Below, one piece after another: positions 43,525-53,431 of a stretch of DNA of 64,000 nt. The DNA comes from Bacteroidota bacterium. GTDB lineage: Bacteria; Bacteroidota; Bacteroidia; AKYH767-A; 2013-40CM-41-45. The stretch covers positions 12,919 through 76,918 of the forward strand of contig JANPNV010000132.1 of assembly GCA_031427625.1 (NCBI GenBank), in the 5' to 3' direction. Made by a program: the position numbers and the translations under genes. The first letter of the stretch is position 1. Each line of letters starts with the position of its first letter. The notes beneath the pieces were generated by a model that worked only from the letters and a program-made list of their open reading frames with translations, had not been told where the DNA came from and did no database searches.

Positions 43525-43567
43525 CATTACTTTTACATTATAACTCATTAAGTAAAAAATAAAAACA

Positions 43568-43879
43568 ATGGATGAAAATCAAAATCAGAACCAACTTAAT
43601 ATTGAGTTGACTGAAGAAGTTGCTGATGGAATATATTCGAATCTTGCGATCATCACTCATAGCACTTCAGAATTTGTAATAGACTTTGTTAAGGTAATGC
43701 CAGGCGTTCCCAAGGCAAAAGTTAAAGCCAGAATATTGCTGACTCCTCAGCATGCCAAACGCTTGTTAGCGGCATTGCAGGATAATATTACGAAGTTTGA
43801 ACAGGTGCATGGCGCCATAAAGCAAACTGAAGGATTAGGTATTCCGATGAATTTCGGTGGCCCTGCCGCTCAGGCTTAA
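43568..43879 (+). CDS. DUF3467 family protein
   Basis: GIYSNLAII.HS.SEFVIDF and RILLTPQHAK motifs; usual neighbour of rpoC in Bacteroidota. Confidence 0.85.
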   Translation: MDENQNQNQLNIELTEEVADGIYSNLAIITHSTSEFVIDFVKVMPGVPKAKVKARILLTPQHAKRLLAALQDNITKFEQVHGAIKQTEGLGIPMNFGGPAAQA

Positions 43880-43899
43880 AAACATTAAAATGTCTTATT

Positions 43900-43933
43900 A
43901 AAAAGCGTCTCTCTCTGGAAGGACGCTTTTTTT
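43900..43933. terminator. Bidirectional terminator
   Basis: aaaaagcgtc/gacgcttttt stem between convergent genes. Confidence 0.75.
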
Positions 43934-43957
43934 ATGAGATGAAAAGGAGCGTAAATT

Positions 43958-44470
43958 TTATTTGATCGCATTAATTATTGTCTCATCCATCGGAGATAAT
44001 TTATCGTGAAACCGCCGGATAAGTTTTCCGTTTTCATCAATAAGGAATTTTTCAAAGTTCCATCGTATATCACCAGTCTTATCAGGATTTGGCTGCGTAA
44101 TGAGCCATTGAAAAAGTGGATCAATATCGGATCCTTTTACTGAAACTTTTGCCATCATTGGAAATGAAACACTGTAATTTATTTTACAAAAGGTTTCTAT
44201 CTCTGAATTACTTCCAGGTTCTTGCTGTCCAAAATTATTTGCAGGAAATCCAATAACGACAAGCTTCTCCTTATATGTTTGATATAACTTTTCGAGTACA
44301 GCGTATTGTGGCGTGCTACCACATTCAGAAGCAGTGTTTACAATTAATATTTTTTTCCCCTTATAGATTGATAAATCAATTTTGTTGCCATCAATAGAAA
44401 CCGGTTTGAATTCATAAATGGTTTCTGATGAAGAGAGCATCATCGCGGCAAGAATTAAAATCATTTTCAT
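43958..44470 (-). CDS. Glutathione peroxidase family protein (Cys type)
   Basis: VNTASECG, GFPANNFGQQEPG and WNFEKFL motifs; active-site codon is TGT. Confidence 0.92.
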   Translation of the reverse strand: MKMILILAAMMLSSSETIYEFKPVSIDGNKIDLSIYKGKKILIVNTASECGSTPQYAVLEKLYQTYKEKLVVIGFPANNFGQQEPGSNSEIETFCKINYSVSFPMMAKVSVKGSDIDPLFQWLITQPNPDKTGDIRWNFEKFLIDENGKLIRRFHDKLSPMDETIINAIK

Positions 44471-44527
44471 CGTTATTAATTATCTTATTAACTTAATTAA
44501 TACCTTCCTGTTTTGGAGTTTATTAAA

Positions 44528-46816
44528 TTAATTAAGCGCATTTTTATTAAATAGAAAATATCCGAAATGGAAGAGGAAGGAAAACGGCTTTTCGCGATTA
44601 TCGAAATAGTTCACAAAGAATCCTATTGGTCCTAGCGGACTATGAAATACAGTTCCTAGTGACCCAACGTAATATCGTTTTGCAAGATAATCTCCGTAAT
44701 AAGTTTTCTTTTCCAGTGTAGGCAAAATTTCACGATAAGGTTGGAACATATATCCTTCAAGTAAAACTTCTATATTATTTCTTATCGTAATTACATTCTT
44801 TGACCCAATTGCACCAAAGGTGTGAGCCCGAAACACAGGAAGGAAAATGGTCTTTGATTCCTGTATTGGATAAAACCCCGGGCTATTCAAAGCAGTGCTT
44901 GTGTAATTAGTAAGGAATGGCATATCAGTAGTAGCCGTTTCGAAATATAATCCGAATTTAATTCTTCCCCGGATCTTAAAATAATTTTCATATTTCAAGT
45001 GAAATTGAAACCAATCAAGGTAATTTTTTTTTCGTTCCCTGTCGATTGATGTCGATCCGGGAATAGTTAATTCTAAAACATTTACGTACTGAATTTTCGC
45101 ACTTAAAAAAGTGCCTTGATTCGCATACTCTTTTCTGTTGAGTGTGTTTCTTTCGAATGTTATTGAACCTGTCGGCCCACGAAGAATTGATTGATCCGTT
45201 GTATCGGTTGATGAAAAATTCTGAGTCTGATAATATTCGTCCGCTATCCGGATATAGGATGCAGATGCGATTACCTTTCCTTTATTCCTTGCAGGTACTC
45301 CAAAATTAAGACCAAAGTTATAATCGGATTTCAAAATATATGATGGCTTCTGCTCTGAAAAAAATGCTGAGTTACTACTTCTGAAAAAATCATATTGATT
45401 CAATGTTATATCCGATTCCAGAAAATATGGAAATTGCGTTGGAGAGTCCATTCGGATACGAAATTGTCCGGACGTATAAAGTTTTCCAAAATAAAAATTA
45501 CCATTAAAGTTATATGCCTTTCTGTTCCAAACATTGTATTGCAATCCGACAAATGCTTCACTAACCGGTCGTGAAGAAATATTTCCGCCGAATTGTGTGA
45601 TGAAATCACGTTCTCTGTTAATTTTTAAATTGAGATCAAATAAACCCGTTGATTCATTATATTTCAATGACGGATAAATAGCTTTTATATTAGGGTCGGC
45701 TACTAATGCAAAATAGGATGCTTTCAGCCTTTTTAAGGGAATAGGTGTAGATCCGGGTTTTATAATTTGTCTGACATATTCTGCTTGTCTCGAATTGACA
45801 CCATCGATTTTTATCTGATCGATCAAAACATCAGGCAATGATGATCTGTATTTCTTTCTTTTCAATGCATATTCTTCCCGACTAATCCGGCGTTGAATAT
45901 TAGTCATTATTCTGGGAAGCTGCTCCTGTGCTGCACGATAACCTTCGTTGACAATCTCATTAACTTTTGAAAAATCGAAAAGGCCGAATCTGTTTGTATT
46001 GGATTCAACTAGGATTCCATTTTCACAAATGACAGAGAAACTTGTTGGAGTCGTCATCATCGCTCGAATTTGGGAAATAATATTTCCTTCTGAAGTTGGA
46101 GTAGTAGTACCTGCTGCATTTGATCCAATGATAATATCAGGTTGAAAGTCTTCCAGCAATATATCAGCTGGAAAATTATTATACATACCTCCATCATATA
46201 AAATCTTATTGTCAAAAACTACCGGTTTAAAATAAAATGGATAGGCGGAAGATGCTCTTACAGCTTGAGCTAAATCTCCGTCCCTGAACACAAGGGTTTT
46301 TTTGTTTTCAATATCAGCTGCCACACAACGAAATGGAATAAATAATGAATCGAAATTATAATTGGCTTTGGCAATCGAAGCAGCGGTATTTTCCAGAAGT
46401 GAATAATCGTAAGCAATTGAGCTGACAATATTAGTGGGGAGTGAGGTGGATATAACAGAGTCAAGAGAAAATTTTAAACTTATCCACGATGCATTTTCTT
46501 CCTGTTTACGGAAATAGTAAGTATAGTTCTCGTCAATAAGTCCTGTAGCCCAGTTTAAGAAGTCATCCGTTTTCACTATTGAGTCCATCTGATCAGGGGA
46601 ATAACCTAAAACATACATGCATCCAACTATAGCTCCTGCTGATGTTCCAGCGATATAATCTATCGGAATGTTATTTTCTTCAAGTGCTTTTATAACTCCA
46701 ATGTGGGCGAGACCACGGGCACCACCGCCACTTAGTACTAGCCCGACCTTTTGAGCATTTATGGCTGTTGAGGTAAGGAGCAATAAAATAAAAGTGCAAA
46801 AACGGACAAGTAACAT
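44528..46816 (-). CDS. Patatin-like phospholipase fused to POTRA-like region and beta-barrel (PlpD-like)
   Basis: GGGARG, GTSAG and DGG motifs; signal peptide; C-terminal beta-strand-rich region with SPLGPI and FHFGYF. Confidence 0.82.
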   Translation of the reverse strand: MLLVRFCTFILLLLTSTAINAQKVGLVLSGGGARGLAHIGVIKALEENNIPIDYIAGTSAGAIVGCMYVLGYSPDQMDSIVKTDDFLNWATGLIDENYTYYFRKQEENASWISLKFSLDSVISTSLPTNIVSSIAYDYSLLENTAASIAKANYNFDSLFIPFRCVAADIENKKTLVFRDGDLAQAVRASSAYPFYFKPVVFDNKILYDGGMYNNFPADILLEDFQPDIIIGSNAAGTTTPTSEGNIISQIRAMMTTPTSFSVICENGILVESNTNRFGLFDFSKVNEIVNEGYRAAQEQLPRIMTNIQRRISREEYALKRKKYRSSLPDVLIDQIKIDGVNSRQAEYVRQIIKPGSTPIPLKRLKASYFALVADPNIKAIYPSLKYNESTGLFDLNLKINRERDFITQFGGNISSRPVSEAFVGLQYNVWNRKAYNFNGNFYFGKLYTSGQFRIRMDSPTQFPYFLESDITLNQYDFFRSSNSAFFSEQKPSYILKSDYNFGLNFGVPARNKGKVIASASYIRIADEYYQTQNFSSTDTTDQSILRGPTGSITFERNTLNRKEYANQGTFLSAKIQYVNVLELTIPGSTSIDRERKKNYLDWFQFHLKYENYFKIRGRIKFGLYFETATTDMPFLTNYTSTALNSPGFYPIQESKTIFLPVFRAHTFGAIGSKNVITIRNNIEVLLEGYMFQPYREILPTLEKKTYYGDYLAKRYYVGSLGTVFHSPLGPIGFFVNYFDNREKPFSFLFHFGYFLFNKNALN

Positions 46817-46850
46817 ATATGGGTGGTCGGGTATGTACAAAGTCGCTAAA

Positions 46851-47648
46851 TTACAAAGCAGAATTGATTATATCTCTTAAAGTCATGAAATATGAAGGAG
46901 CTTTAATCATACGGGAACCATACCATGAAAAAAGCTCGCCATCAGCAATAATTATTCGAATGCCCGGTAATGAGGTTTGAAGTTCAGCAATGTCTTTCTC
47001 TTTAAAGTGATATGGTTCTGAGGAGAGTATGATCACATCCGGTTTTTTATTTTTCAGATCAGATAAAGATATTTCAGGATATCGATCTCTGTCACTAAAT
47101 ACATTTGTAAGTCCTGCATGATACATCATATTTGAAATAAATGTATCTCCGCCAATCGTCATTATAGGATTCTTCCAAATCAGGTAAGCACAGGAATATC
47201 TAATTTTTATGGATTGGAGTTTTTCAAACTCAGTCTTGCAATCTCTGACGATTTCTAGTCCTGCGTCTATACGATTAGTAATACGGGATATTTCGAGAAT
47301 CATTTTCAATGCATCTTCCATTGATTTAATGTCAGAAACCCAAACAGGGAATTTTATCCTGAGTGCATCGATCTGGTTTTTGTCATTCTCTTCCTTATTT
47401 GCAATAATAAGATCAGGTAATAGAGAGCAAATCTTATCGAAATTAAGATTTTTAGTGCCGCCAATTCTTTGTTTATCTCTAAACCAGGAATTTGGATGAA
47501 TGCAAAATTTGGTTATCCCAACTACTTCCTTGTCGAGTCCCAGATCAGATAAAAGTTCAGTCTGTGATGGAACTGTAGATATAATTCGCAACGGGAAATT
47601 CCTAATCTCAATTTCATTTTGAAGCTGATCAACAGATTTTATCATCAA
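46851..47648 (-). CDS. Helical-backbone metal receptor (BtuF/Fe-siderophore binding family)
   Basis: RIISTVPSQTE, VGITKFCIHP, GGTK, PDLIIANKEEN and DGELFSWYG motifs. Confidence 0.82.
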   Translation of the reverse strand: MMIKSVDQLQNEIEIRNFPLRIISTVPSQTELLSDLGLDKEVVGITKFCIHPNSWFRDKQRIGGTKNLNFDKICSLLPDLIIANKEENDKNQIDALRIKFPVWVSDIKSMEDALKMILEISRITNRIDAGLEIVRDCKTEFEKLQSIKIRYSCAYLIWKNPIMTIGGDTFISNMMYHAGLTNVFSDRDRYPEISLSDLKNKKPDVIILSSEPYHFKEKDIAELQTSLPGIRIIIADGELFSWYGSRMIKAPSYFMTLRDIINSAL

Positions 47649-47665
47649 AAAGGATCATCACTATT

Positions 47666-49051
47666 TTATTTAAGTAACGTTTCGGCTATATCGCTTTTAG
47701 TAATAATGAATGTGCGGCCTGCTTTAAAATCTTTTATCAATACAGCCATCTTGTCGCCCGAAACCATTTGTGATAATTCTTCAATCGGCGTAGTGATGTC
47801 AATGAATGGAAGCGCTTCCTGCATGACGCTCTCGATTTTATCATCTTTAGCAGAAGGGTTGTTTAATATATAATTGAAAACAAGATTATCATAAATGGAT
47901 CCAACAATACGGTCATCGGATGTTACTGGTATCTGAGAGAAATTATTATCATTCATGATTTTTAATGCATGAGCAATAGAATCATTTTTATCAATAGTAA
48001 TAAGCTCAATATTTTTTCGGGTACTTACAATATCGTTTGCAGTCATTCCCTTCTTGTCGATATATCCCATTTTCCTCATCCACTCATCATTAAAAATTTT
48101 CCCTAAATATCGTGTGCCATGGTCATGAAAAATTACTACGACAACGTCTTTTTCCGTCAGCTTATCTTTTAACTGATGCAATCCTGCAACTGCTGAACCG
48201 GCAGAATTGCCTACCCAAATTCCTTCCTTTCGAACTATTTCGCGAGTCATTAAAGCGGCATCCTTATCGGTAACTTTCTCGAATAAATCGATTAGGCTGA
48301 AGTCGACATTTTTAGGAAGGAAATCTTCGCCGATTCCTTCAGTTACATATGGATATATTTCATTTTTGTCGAATACTCCGGTCTCTTTGTATTTTTTGAA
48401 TACAGAGCCATATACATCAATCCCCCAGATTTTAATCGCCGGATTTTTTTCTTTGAGGTATTTTGCAGTTCCGGAAATAGTTCCTCCTGTTCCTACACCA
48501 ACAACAAGGTGAGTTATTTTTCCATCAGTCTGATCCCATATTTCCGGTCCTGTCTGTTCGTAATTTGCAATAGCATTAGAAGGATTGTCATATTGATTTG
48601 GATAAAATGAATTTGCAATTTCCTTGTTTAATCTAGCAGCGACAGAATAATAAGAGCGAGGGTCTTCGGGGTCAACATTTGTTGGACAAACAATAACATC
48701 TGCTCCGAATGCTTTTAATGCATCAACTTTCTCCTTGGATTGTTTATCGGTAGTTGTGAAAATGCACTTATATCCTTTTACAATAGCAGCGATGGCAAGA
48801 CCCATACCTGTATTTCCTGAGGTTCCTTCTATGATTGTTCCGCCCGGCTTAAGAATACCAGCTTTTTCGGCATCCTCAACCATTTTCAAAGCCATTCTGT
48901 CTTTGATCGAATTGCCCGGATTAAACGTTTCTATTTTTGCGTAAACTGTAGCTTTTATGCCTTTGGTTACATTATTTAATCGAACCAAAGGTGTGTTACC
49001 AATTGATTCAAGGATGTTGTCACAAGTTTTTTTTGCCGGATTTGTAGCCAT
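47666..49051 (-). CDS. Cystathionine beta-synthase / cysteine synthase with C-terminal CBS domains
   Basis: IGNTPLV, NPGNSIKDR (PLP Lys), TSGNTG, GVGTGGT, CBS pair. Confidence 0.9.
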   Translation of the reverse strand: MATNPAKKTCDNILESIGNTPLVRLNNVTKGIKATVYAKIETFNPGNSIKDRMALKMVEDAEKAGILKPGGTIIEGTSGNTGMGLAIAAIVKGYKCIFTTTDKQSKEKVDALKAFGADVIVCPTNVDPEDPRSYYSVAARLNKEIANSFYPNQYDNPSNAIANYEQTGPEIWDQTDGKITHLVVGVGTGGTISGTAKYLKEKNPAIKIWGIDVYGSVFKKYKETGVFDKNEIYPYVTEGIGEDFLPKNVDFSLIDLFEKVTDKDAALMTREIVRKEGIWVGNSAGSAVAGLHQLKDKLTEKDVVVVIFHDHGTRYLGKIFNDEWMRKMGYIDKKGMTANDIVSTRKNIELITIDKNDSIAHALKIMNDNNFSQIPVTSDDRIVGSIYDNLVFNYILNNPSAKDDKIESVMQEALPFIDITTPIEELSQMVSGDKMAVLIKDFKAGRTFIITKSDIAETLLK

Positions 49052-49148
49052 AATCTTTTTTTCTGAAATGCCTGTTATAATTGGCGCGTAAAGGTAATTT
49101 TTTTAGTTGATTTTGCCTTGGCAGAATGCCATGATTTTCGAATTTCAG

Positions 49149-50372
49149 CTATGAATACTTTATTGCCTGAAGTGGACTTATTCTTGTAATTATCATTGTA
49201 GGAACAATCATCATCATCGTGCAAATAAGTAATGTCAAACCGTTTAGCATAATAATATTCAACAAGTCAAAGTTTACAGGTACGTATGAAAGATAATATG
49301 ACTGTTGATCAAGATGAAGTATTCCGAATTTTTTTTGAACAAAAATAAATAGGAGTCCAACAATGTTTCCCCACAGCATACCTTTTCCTATTAGGTAGGA
49401 CGCCAGATAAATAAAAATCTTTCTAACGCTTAAGCTTCTTGTTCCCATCGATTTCAGAGTTCCGATAAAATTGATTCTTTCTAATATAATAATAAGCAGA
49501 GCAGAAATCATATTCATTCCTGAAACGATAACCATTAGTGTAATAATAATTATTGCGTTAATATTCTGAAGATTTAACCAATCGAAAATTTGTGGATAAA
49601 CATCTTTAATTGTTTTGGCATTTAATTCTGAACTGCTTAAATGATAAACTCTTTCGGCAACTTCATCCAGTTTATGGAAATCCTTAATGGTAATTTCGAA
49701 TCCTCCGACCTGATTGGGATTCCAGTCATTCAGTTTTTGAATTTGTCCGATATCACAAAACAAATAAAGGTTATCGAATTCTTCCAGACCCGTTTGATAG
49801 ATACCAGAGATATGGAATTTGCGTGCCCTTGGTGGTTGCTGAATAAAATGCATGATAATTTCATCGTTGGCATGTAGATTAAGCTTGTTGGCAAGATTGG
49901 ATGAAATAATTATGCTGTCCGAGCGGATACTGTCATTTACGGAAAACGTTTTTCCTTCTATTAATCGTGAGCTAAAAAAGCTCCAGTCAAAATCACTTCC
50001 AATACCCTTTGCAACAACTCCTTCAATTTCGTCGCTTGTTTTAATTATACCTGCTTTAGTGGCAAATGCCTGAATATGTTTGATATCCTTGTCTGTTTTT
50101 AATTGAACAAGGAAAGGCTGGGTTCTATTTACCGGTTGTGTTTCAAATGAATTATTATCGTCGTAGTTACTTATCTGAATATGCGAACCAAATCCAATAA
50201 CCTTTTCCCTTATTTCTTTTTTAAAGCCGGTTACTATTGCAATGGCAATTATCATTACGGCGAATCCAAGGGAAACTCCGGCAAGCGCAATACGTATAAT
50301 TGGCCTTGAAACGGAAGCGTCTTTCTTTCTGGAAAAAGCAATTCGGCGGGCTATAAATAGTTCGTAGTTCAA
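49149..50372 (-). CDS. LolC/E-type (FtsX/MacB family) ABC permease
   Basis: FIARR, GF..EI, large periplasmic domain, ILER...IG.LKSMG; TTG start. Confidence 0.85.
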   Translation of the reverse strand: MNYELFIARRIAFSRKKDASVSRPIIRIALAGVSLGFAVMIIAIAIVTGFKKEIREKVIGFGSHIQISNYDDNNSFETQPVNRTQPFLVQLKTDKDIKHIQAFATKAGIIKTSDEIEGVVAKGIGSDFDWSFFSSRLIEGKTFSVNDSIRSDSIIISSNLANKLNLHANDEIIMHFIQQPPRARKFHISGIYQTGLEEFDNLYLFCDIGQIQKLNDWNPNQVGGFEITIKDFHKLDEVAERVYHLSSSELNAKTIKDVYPQIFDWLNLQNINAIIIITLMVIVSGMNMISALLIIILERINFIGTLKSMGTRSLSVRKIFIYLASYLIGKGMLWGNIVGLLFIFVQKKFGILHLDQQSYYLSYVPVNFDLLNIIMLNGLTLLICTMMMIVPTMIITRISPLQAIKYS

Positions 50373-50428
50373 TTTTGAAACTCGTATTTTTACATTCTAT
50401 GACGCTAAAGATATTTTATTCCGCTCGT

Positions 50429-51604
50429 ATGAGAACAATAAAATTAATTTTCTTATTAATCTTTGTTAACTCAATATCCTCAGGCAAAATACGCCCTGAT
50501 ATTTTACCCGGGTCATATTCTACAGATCAGTATTTTCCATTGATAAAGGGAAAGGGAATAGGTGTAGTTGCGAATCAAACTTCTCTTATTCGAGGTGTTC
50601 ATTTAGTCGATTCATTGGTTGCTGCCGGATTTGATGTAAAATGTGTTTTTGCTCCCGAACATGGTTTTCGTGGAGATCAGGGTGCCGGTGATCATGTAGC
50701 AAGTGGAGTAGATTCTACGACAGGAGTAAAAATAAAATCATTGTATGGAAGTCAGCTAAAGCCTGACGTAAAGGATCTTGAGGGAATTCAGATTATGATT
50801 TTTGATATTCAGGATGTAGGTGTGCGATTTTATACCTACATATCAACATTGCAATATGTGATGGAGGCATGTGCAGAAAACAATATTGAACTTATTGTTC
50901 TTGACAGGCCAAATCCAAATGGATTTTATGTAGATGGGCCTATACTCGATAAAAAATTTATATCATTTGTTGGAATGCAAAGCATACCTGTTGTCTATGG
51001 CATGACGATAGGGGAGTATTCAATGATGTTGAATGGTGAAGGTTGGTTAAAGAAGAATGAGAAATGTAAGCTTAAAGTTATTCCGTTGAAAAATTATAAT
51101 CATAATCTAAAATACCAACTTCCGGTTCCTCCTTCACCAAATTTACCTGATATGGATGCCGTTTATCTCTACCCTTCAATTTGTTTTTTTGAAGGAACTT
51201 CTGTAAGCCTGGGTCGTGGAACGAATAAGCCCTTCCGGCTTATCGGTTTCCCCGAAAACGAAAGCGGAGGGATTTCATTTAAGCCTGAAAGAATACATGG
51301 TGTGGCAGAGAATCCCCCTTATCGGGATACACTTTGTAGAGGGCTTGATTTATCCGGAGAAGGAAGAAATATTGTTCAATCAGGGAGGCTGGAGTTAAAA
51401 TGGCTGTTAGCTATGTATGCTGTTTACCCGGATAAAGGAAAATTCTTCAATAAGTTTTTTGATAAACTGGCAGGTACAGATGATCTTCGAAAAATTATGA
51501 TCAAAGGAAAGAGCCAGGACGAAATCAGACGCAGATGGCAAGCAGGTATCGACGGATTTAAAAAGATACGTAAAAGCTATCTACTGTATAAGGACTTCGA
51601 ATAA
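50429..51604 (+). CDS. namZ: DUF1343 family exo-beta-N-acetylmuramidase (NamZ-like)
   Basis: NQTS, FAPEHGFRG, DIQDVGVRFYTY, LDRPNP and PSPNLP motifs; start uncertain (50399 or 50429). Confidence 0.82.
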   Translation: MRTIKLIFLLIFVNSISSGKIRPDILPGSYSTDQYFPLIKGKGIGVVANQTSLIRGVHLVDSLVAAGFDVKCVFAPEHGFRGDQGAGDHVASGVDSTTGVKIKSLYGSQLKPDVKDLEGIQIMIFDIQDVGVRFYTYISTLQYVMEACAENNIELIVLDRPNPNGFYVDGPILDKKFISFVGMQSIPVVYGMTIGEYSMMLNGEGWLKKNEKCKLKVIPLKNYNHNLKYQLPVPPSPNLPDMDAVYLYPSICFFEGTSVSLGRGTNKPFRLIGFPENESGGISFKPERIHGVAENPPYRDTLCRGLDLSGEGRNIVQSGRLELKWLLAMYAVYPDKGKFFNKFFDKLAGTDDLRKIMIKGKSQDEIRRRWQAGIDGFKKIRKSYLLYKDFE

Positions 51605-51606
51605 AA

Positions 51607-52836
51607 TTAATTGTGTTGCGTCTTAAATTCTGCAAGATTTTCTTTACGTCCAGGATAAACTTTAAGTGCTTCTTCAAGACACTTCATTGCTTTTCTCAGA
51701 TCAACAGTATTTAATACATAGGCAATTCTGACTTCATCAGTTCCTGAATCAGGACTAGAATAAAACCCAGTCGCCGGTGCCAGCATTACAGTTTCATTCT
51801 TATAAGAAAACGATTCTAATAGCCATTGACAAAACCGATCGGAATTGTCTATAGGAAGACGGGCAATACAATAAAAAGCACCTCTTGGTTTTGGACAAAA
51901 AACTCCTTCAATATTATTAAGTGCTTCCACTATATAATCACGACGGGAAACGTATTCTTTAATAACACTTTGGAAATAAGAGTCTGGTGTATCGATGGCT
52001 GCTTCGGCTGCAACTTGACCGAATGCAGGCGGACTAAGCCTCGCTTGGGCAAATTTAAGGGCAGTTGCCATCAGTTCTTTATTTTTAGATATGATTGCCC
52101 CGATTCGGGCTCCGCATGCGCTATATCGTTTGGAAATCGAATCGAGCATGACTACATGCTGATCAAGTCCATCAAGATGCATAACTGAAGTGTATTTTGC
52201 TCCATCATAACAAAATTCGCGGTAAACCTCATCGCTGAAAAGCCAGAGATCGTATTTAAGAACAAGATCTTTCAGGAGCATTAATTCTTCTTTTGAATAA
52301 AGATATCCTGTCGGGTTCGATGGGTTACAGATCATTAATCCTTTTGTAGCAGGAGTAATAAGTTTTTCAAATTCAGATATAGGAGGAAGGGCAAATCCTG
52401 TTTCGATAAACGAACGTATCGGGACAATTTTCACATTCGCCTGCGAAGAAAATCCATTGTAGTTTGCATAGAATGGTTCAGGTATTAATATTTCATCACC
52501 TGGATCCATACAACTCATCATAGCTATGCCAATTGCCTCCGAACCCCCTGTGGTAACAATGATATCTGTATAGTCGATATCGATATTGAATTTTTTATAG
52601 TAAACAGGAAGTTTTTTTCTATAGGATTCTGTCCCTGCTGAATGCGAATATTCGACAATCTTATAGGGATAATTATGAATGGCATCCAGTATTGTCGATG
52701 GAGTTTCGATATCGGGTTGACCAATATTCAGGTGGTATATTTTTTTCCCTTCTTTACGCGCTGTTTCGGCAAAAGGAACAAGTTTTCTGATTGGCGAAGG
52801 CGGCATTTCGCGGCCTTTTTTTGAAGTATTAGGCAT
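51607..52836 (-). CDS. PLP-dependent aminotransferase class I/II (aspartate aminotransferase-like)
   Basis: LNIGQPD, CNPSNPTG, DEVY and SISKRYSACGARIG motifs. Confidence 0.92.
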   Translation of the reverse strand: MPNTSKKGREMPPSPIRKLVPFAETARKEGKKIYHLNIGQPDIETPSTILDAIHNYPYKIVEYSHSAGTESYRKKLPVYYKKFNIDIDYTDIIVTTGGSEAIGIAMMSCMDPGDEILIPEPFYANYNGFSSQANVKIVPIRSFIETGFALPPISEFEKLITPATKGLMICNPSNPTGYLYSKEELMLLKDLVLKYDLWLFSDEVYREFCYDGAKYTSVMHLDGLDQHVVMLDSISKRYSACGARIGAIISKNKELMATALKFAQARLSPPAFGQVAAEAAIDTPDSYFQSVIKEYVSRRDYIVEALNNIEGVFCPKPRGAFYCIARLPIDNSDRFCQWLLESFSYKNETVMLAPATGFYSSPDSGTDEVRIAYVLNTVDLRKAMKCLEEALKVYPGRKENLAEFKTQHN

Positions 52837-52860
52837 ATCAAAGTGGGTTGGTTGGCCTGT

Positions 52861-52895
52861 AAAAAAAAGAAACCCTCCTTATAAGGGAGGGTTTC
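52861..52895 (-). terminator. Intrinsic terminator of the DUF1573 cluster, overlapping a TACTTTTG promoter (52895-52902)
   Basis: gaaaccctcc/ggagggtttc stem followed on the minus strand by a T-run. Confidence 0.75.
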
Positions 52896-52917
52896 AAAAG
52901 TACGAAAAATTAAATAG

Positions 52918-53403
52918 TTATTGTTTCTTCTCGGCTGGAGCTTCTACTGGTGTAGTTGCTGGTGCAGGAGGAGCTTCAACATTTCCTTTCAGGTGAAGAA
53001 CTTTCTGGCCACCTTTTGCATTTGAAGAAATTGTTACTGTTTTATCCTGCATTCCCATTTTTCCAGTTGAATTAAATTCAACGTGAATAGTTGCTTTTGC
53101 ACCTTTAACAACTGGCTCTTTTGGCCATTGTGGAACTGTACAGCCACATGAACCGTGAGCTTCAGAAATAATCAAGGGCTCTTTTCCAACATTCAGGAAA
53201 TTGAAATCATATGTTACTTTGTCACCTTGCTTAATTGTTCCGAAATCATATGTTTCGATATCGAATTTAAAATCAGGTGCATTTTTGTTTTCAACTGCTA
53301 CTGCAGCTGGTGTTGCTGGCATTCCTGCCTGCGCTTTTGTATCCTGAGCGTTTGCGTATGAAACTGATAGGAAACATGCAATAGCGATTAATGATTTTTT
53401 CAT
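52918..53403 (-). CDS. DUF1573 domain exported protein (copy 3)
   Basis: Signal ANA|Q; YDFG.I, N.G.EPLII, GSCGCTVP. Confidence 0.88.
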   Translation of the reverse strand: MKKSLIAIACFLSVSYANAQDTKAQAGMPATPAAVAVENKNAPDFKFDIETYDFGTIKQGDKVTYDFNFLNVGKEPLIISEAHGSCGCTVPQWPKEPVVKGAKATIHVEFNSTGKMGMQDKTVTISSNAKGGQKVLHLKGNVEAPPAPATTPVEAPAEKKQ

Positions 53404-53431
53404 TTTGTTTGTTAGTTTGTTTTAAAATGAT

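Noticed and set aside
44311-44330. Possible selenocysteine in the glutathione peroxidase
   Set aside because: The active-site codon is TGT (Cys); there is no in-frame TGA.
49591-49599. Perfect DnaA box (TGTGGATAA) inside the lolC/E-like gene
   Set aside because: Single copy within coding sequence; expected by chance.
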